From Felis catus (Eukaryota): DNA of 64,000 nt. The DNA lies in assembly GCF_018350175.1 (NCBI RefSeq), contig NC_058368.1, positions 141,112,001 to 141,176,000 on the forward strand. Reading direction: 5' to 3'. The position numbers and the translations under genes were made by a program. Below, one piece after another: positions 63,563 to 64,000 of the stretch (the stretch's first letter is position 1; every line of letters begins with the position of its first letter). Under the pieces are notes generated by a model. That model had not been told where the DNA came from, made no database searches, and saw only the letters and a program-made list of their open reading frames with translations.

Positions 63563-64000
63563 TCCAGGAGAAGGCATGAAGTTAGTTGAGAATAGAAGAA
63601 CATGTGGTTGAGGAAAAAATGGCACCATATAAAGGGTGCAAAAATGACCAAAGGTTCTAGCAAGAGCCATATTGATGTGGTGACTAAGTTTTCTGTGCTG
63701 AGAAAGGAAGGGTGAGAAGGCAGTGGAATGGTTTTGAATGGCTCTGCTTCTACAAGGTCAGTTTCAAGGTTCAGAAGAGAATAGGCATGAGTTTAAAGAA
63801 GGCAGCTCCTCTGATGTATTCTTCTTTTAAGAGAGCTTTGTATTTGTTGTAGCTGATAAGACAAATTTATGACATGGTAGAGTTTTCTTTTTAGGCTACT
63901 GATATGTTTTTGTGCTGTCTTGAAGCTTTTGTGATCAACGTAATGTACATAGCTCCCATTTGTATACATTTCATAGGACCCAAAGCCTAATACGACATTT

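Noticed and set aside
1-64000. Naming the host gene
   Set aside because: No coding exon recognised; any symbol would be a guess

Overview
Eukaryotic genomic DNA from a carnivoran, almost certainly a felid (diagnostic young SINEC_Fc/CanSINE copies and carnivore/felid-type L1 3' ends). It looks like one long intronic stretch: about 25 CanSINEs, L1 fragments of several ages, L2/MIR, MaLR/ERVL solo LTRs, hAT/TcMar DNA transposon relics and three N gaps. No protein-coding gene, RNA gene, CRISPR array or prokaryotic system is recognisable, and the supplied ORFs are spurious or L1 remnants. A CpG-enriched start (1-260), a strong antisense bias of SINEs/L1s and plus-strand splice-site pairs suggest the 5' introns of an unidentified plus-strand gene, with candidate small exons (best: 8656-8820 and 55651-55698). 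I see no evidence of a new biological system. The most notable items are local: an orphan L1 piece that matches the L1 segment missing in a nearby gap, two TSD-flanked micro-insertions, nested and inverted SINEs, and motif clusters in repeat-free blocks. Repeat family names were assigned by eye from recalled consensus motifs, and boundaries of old repeats are approximate.
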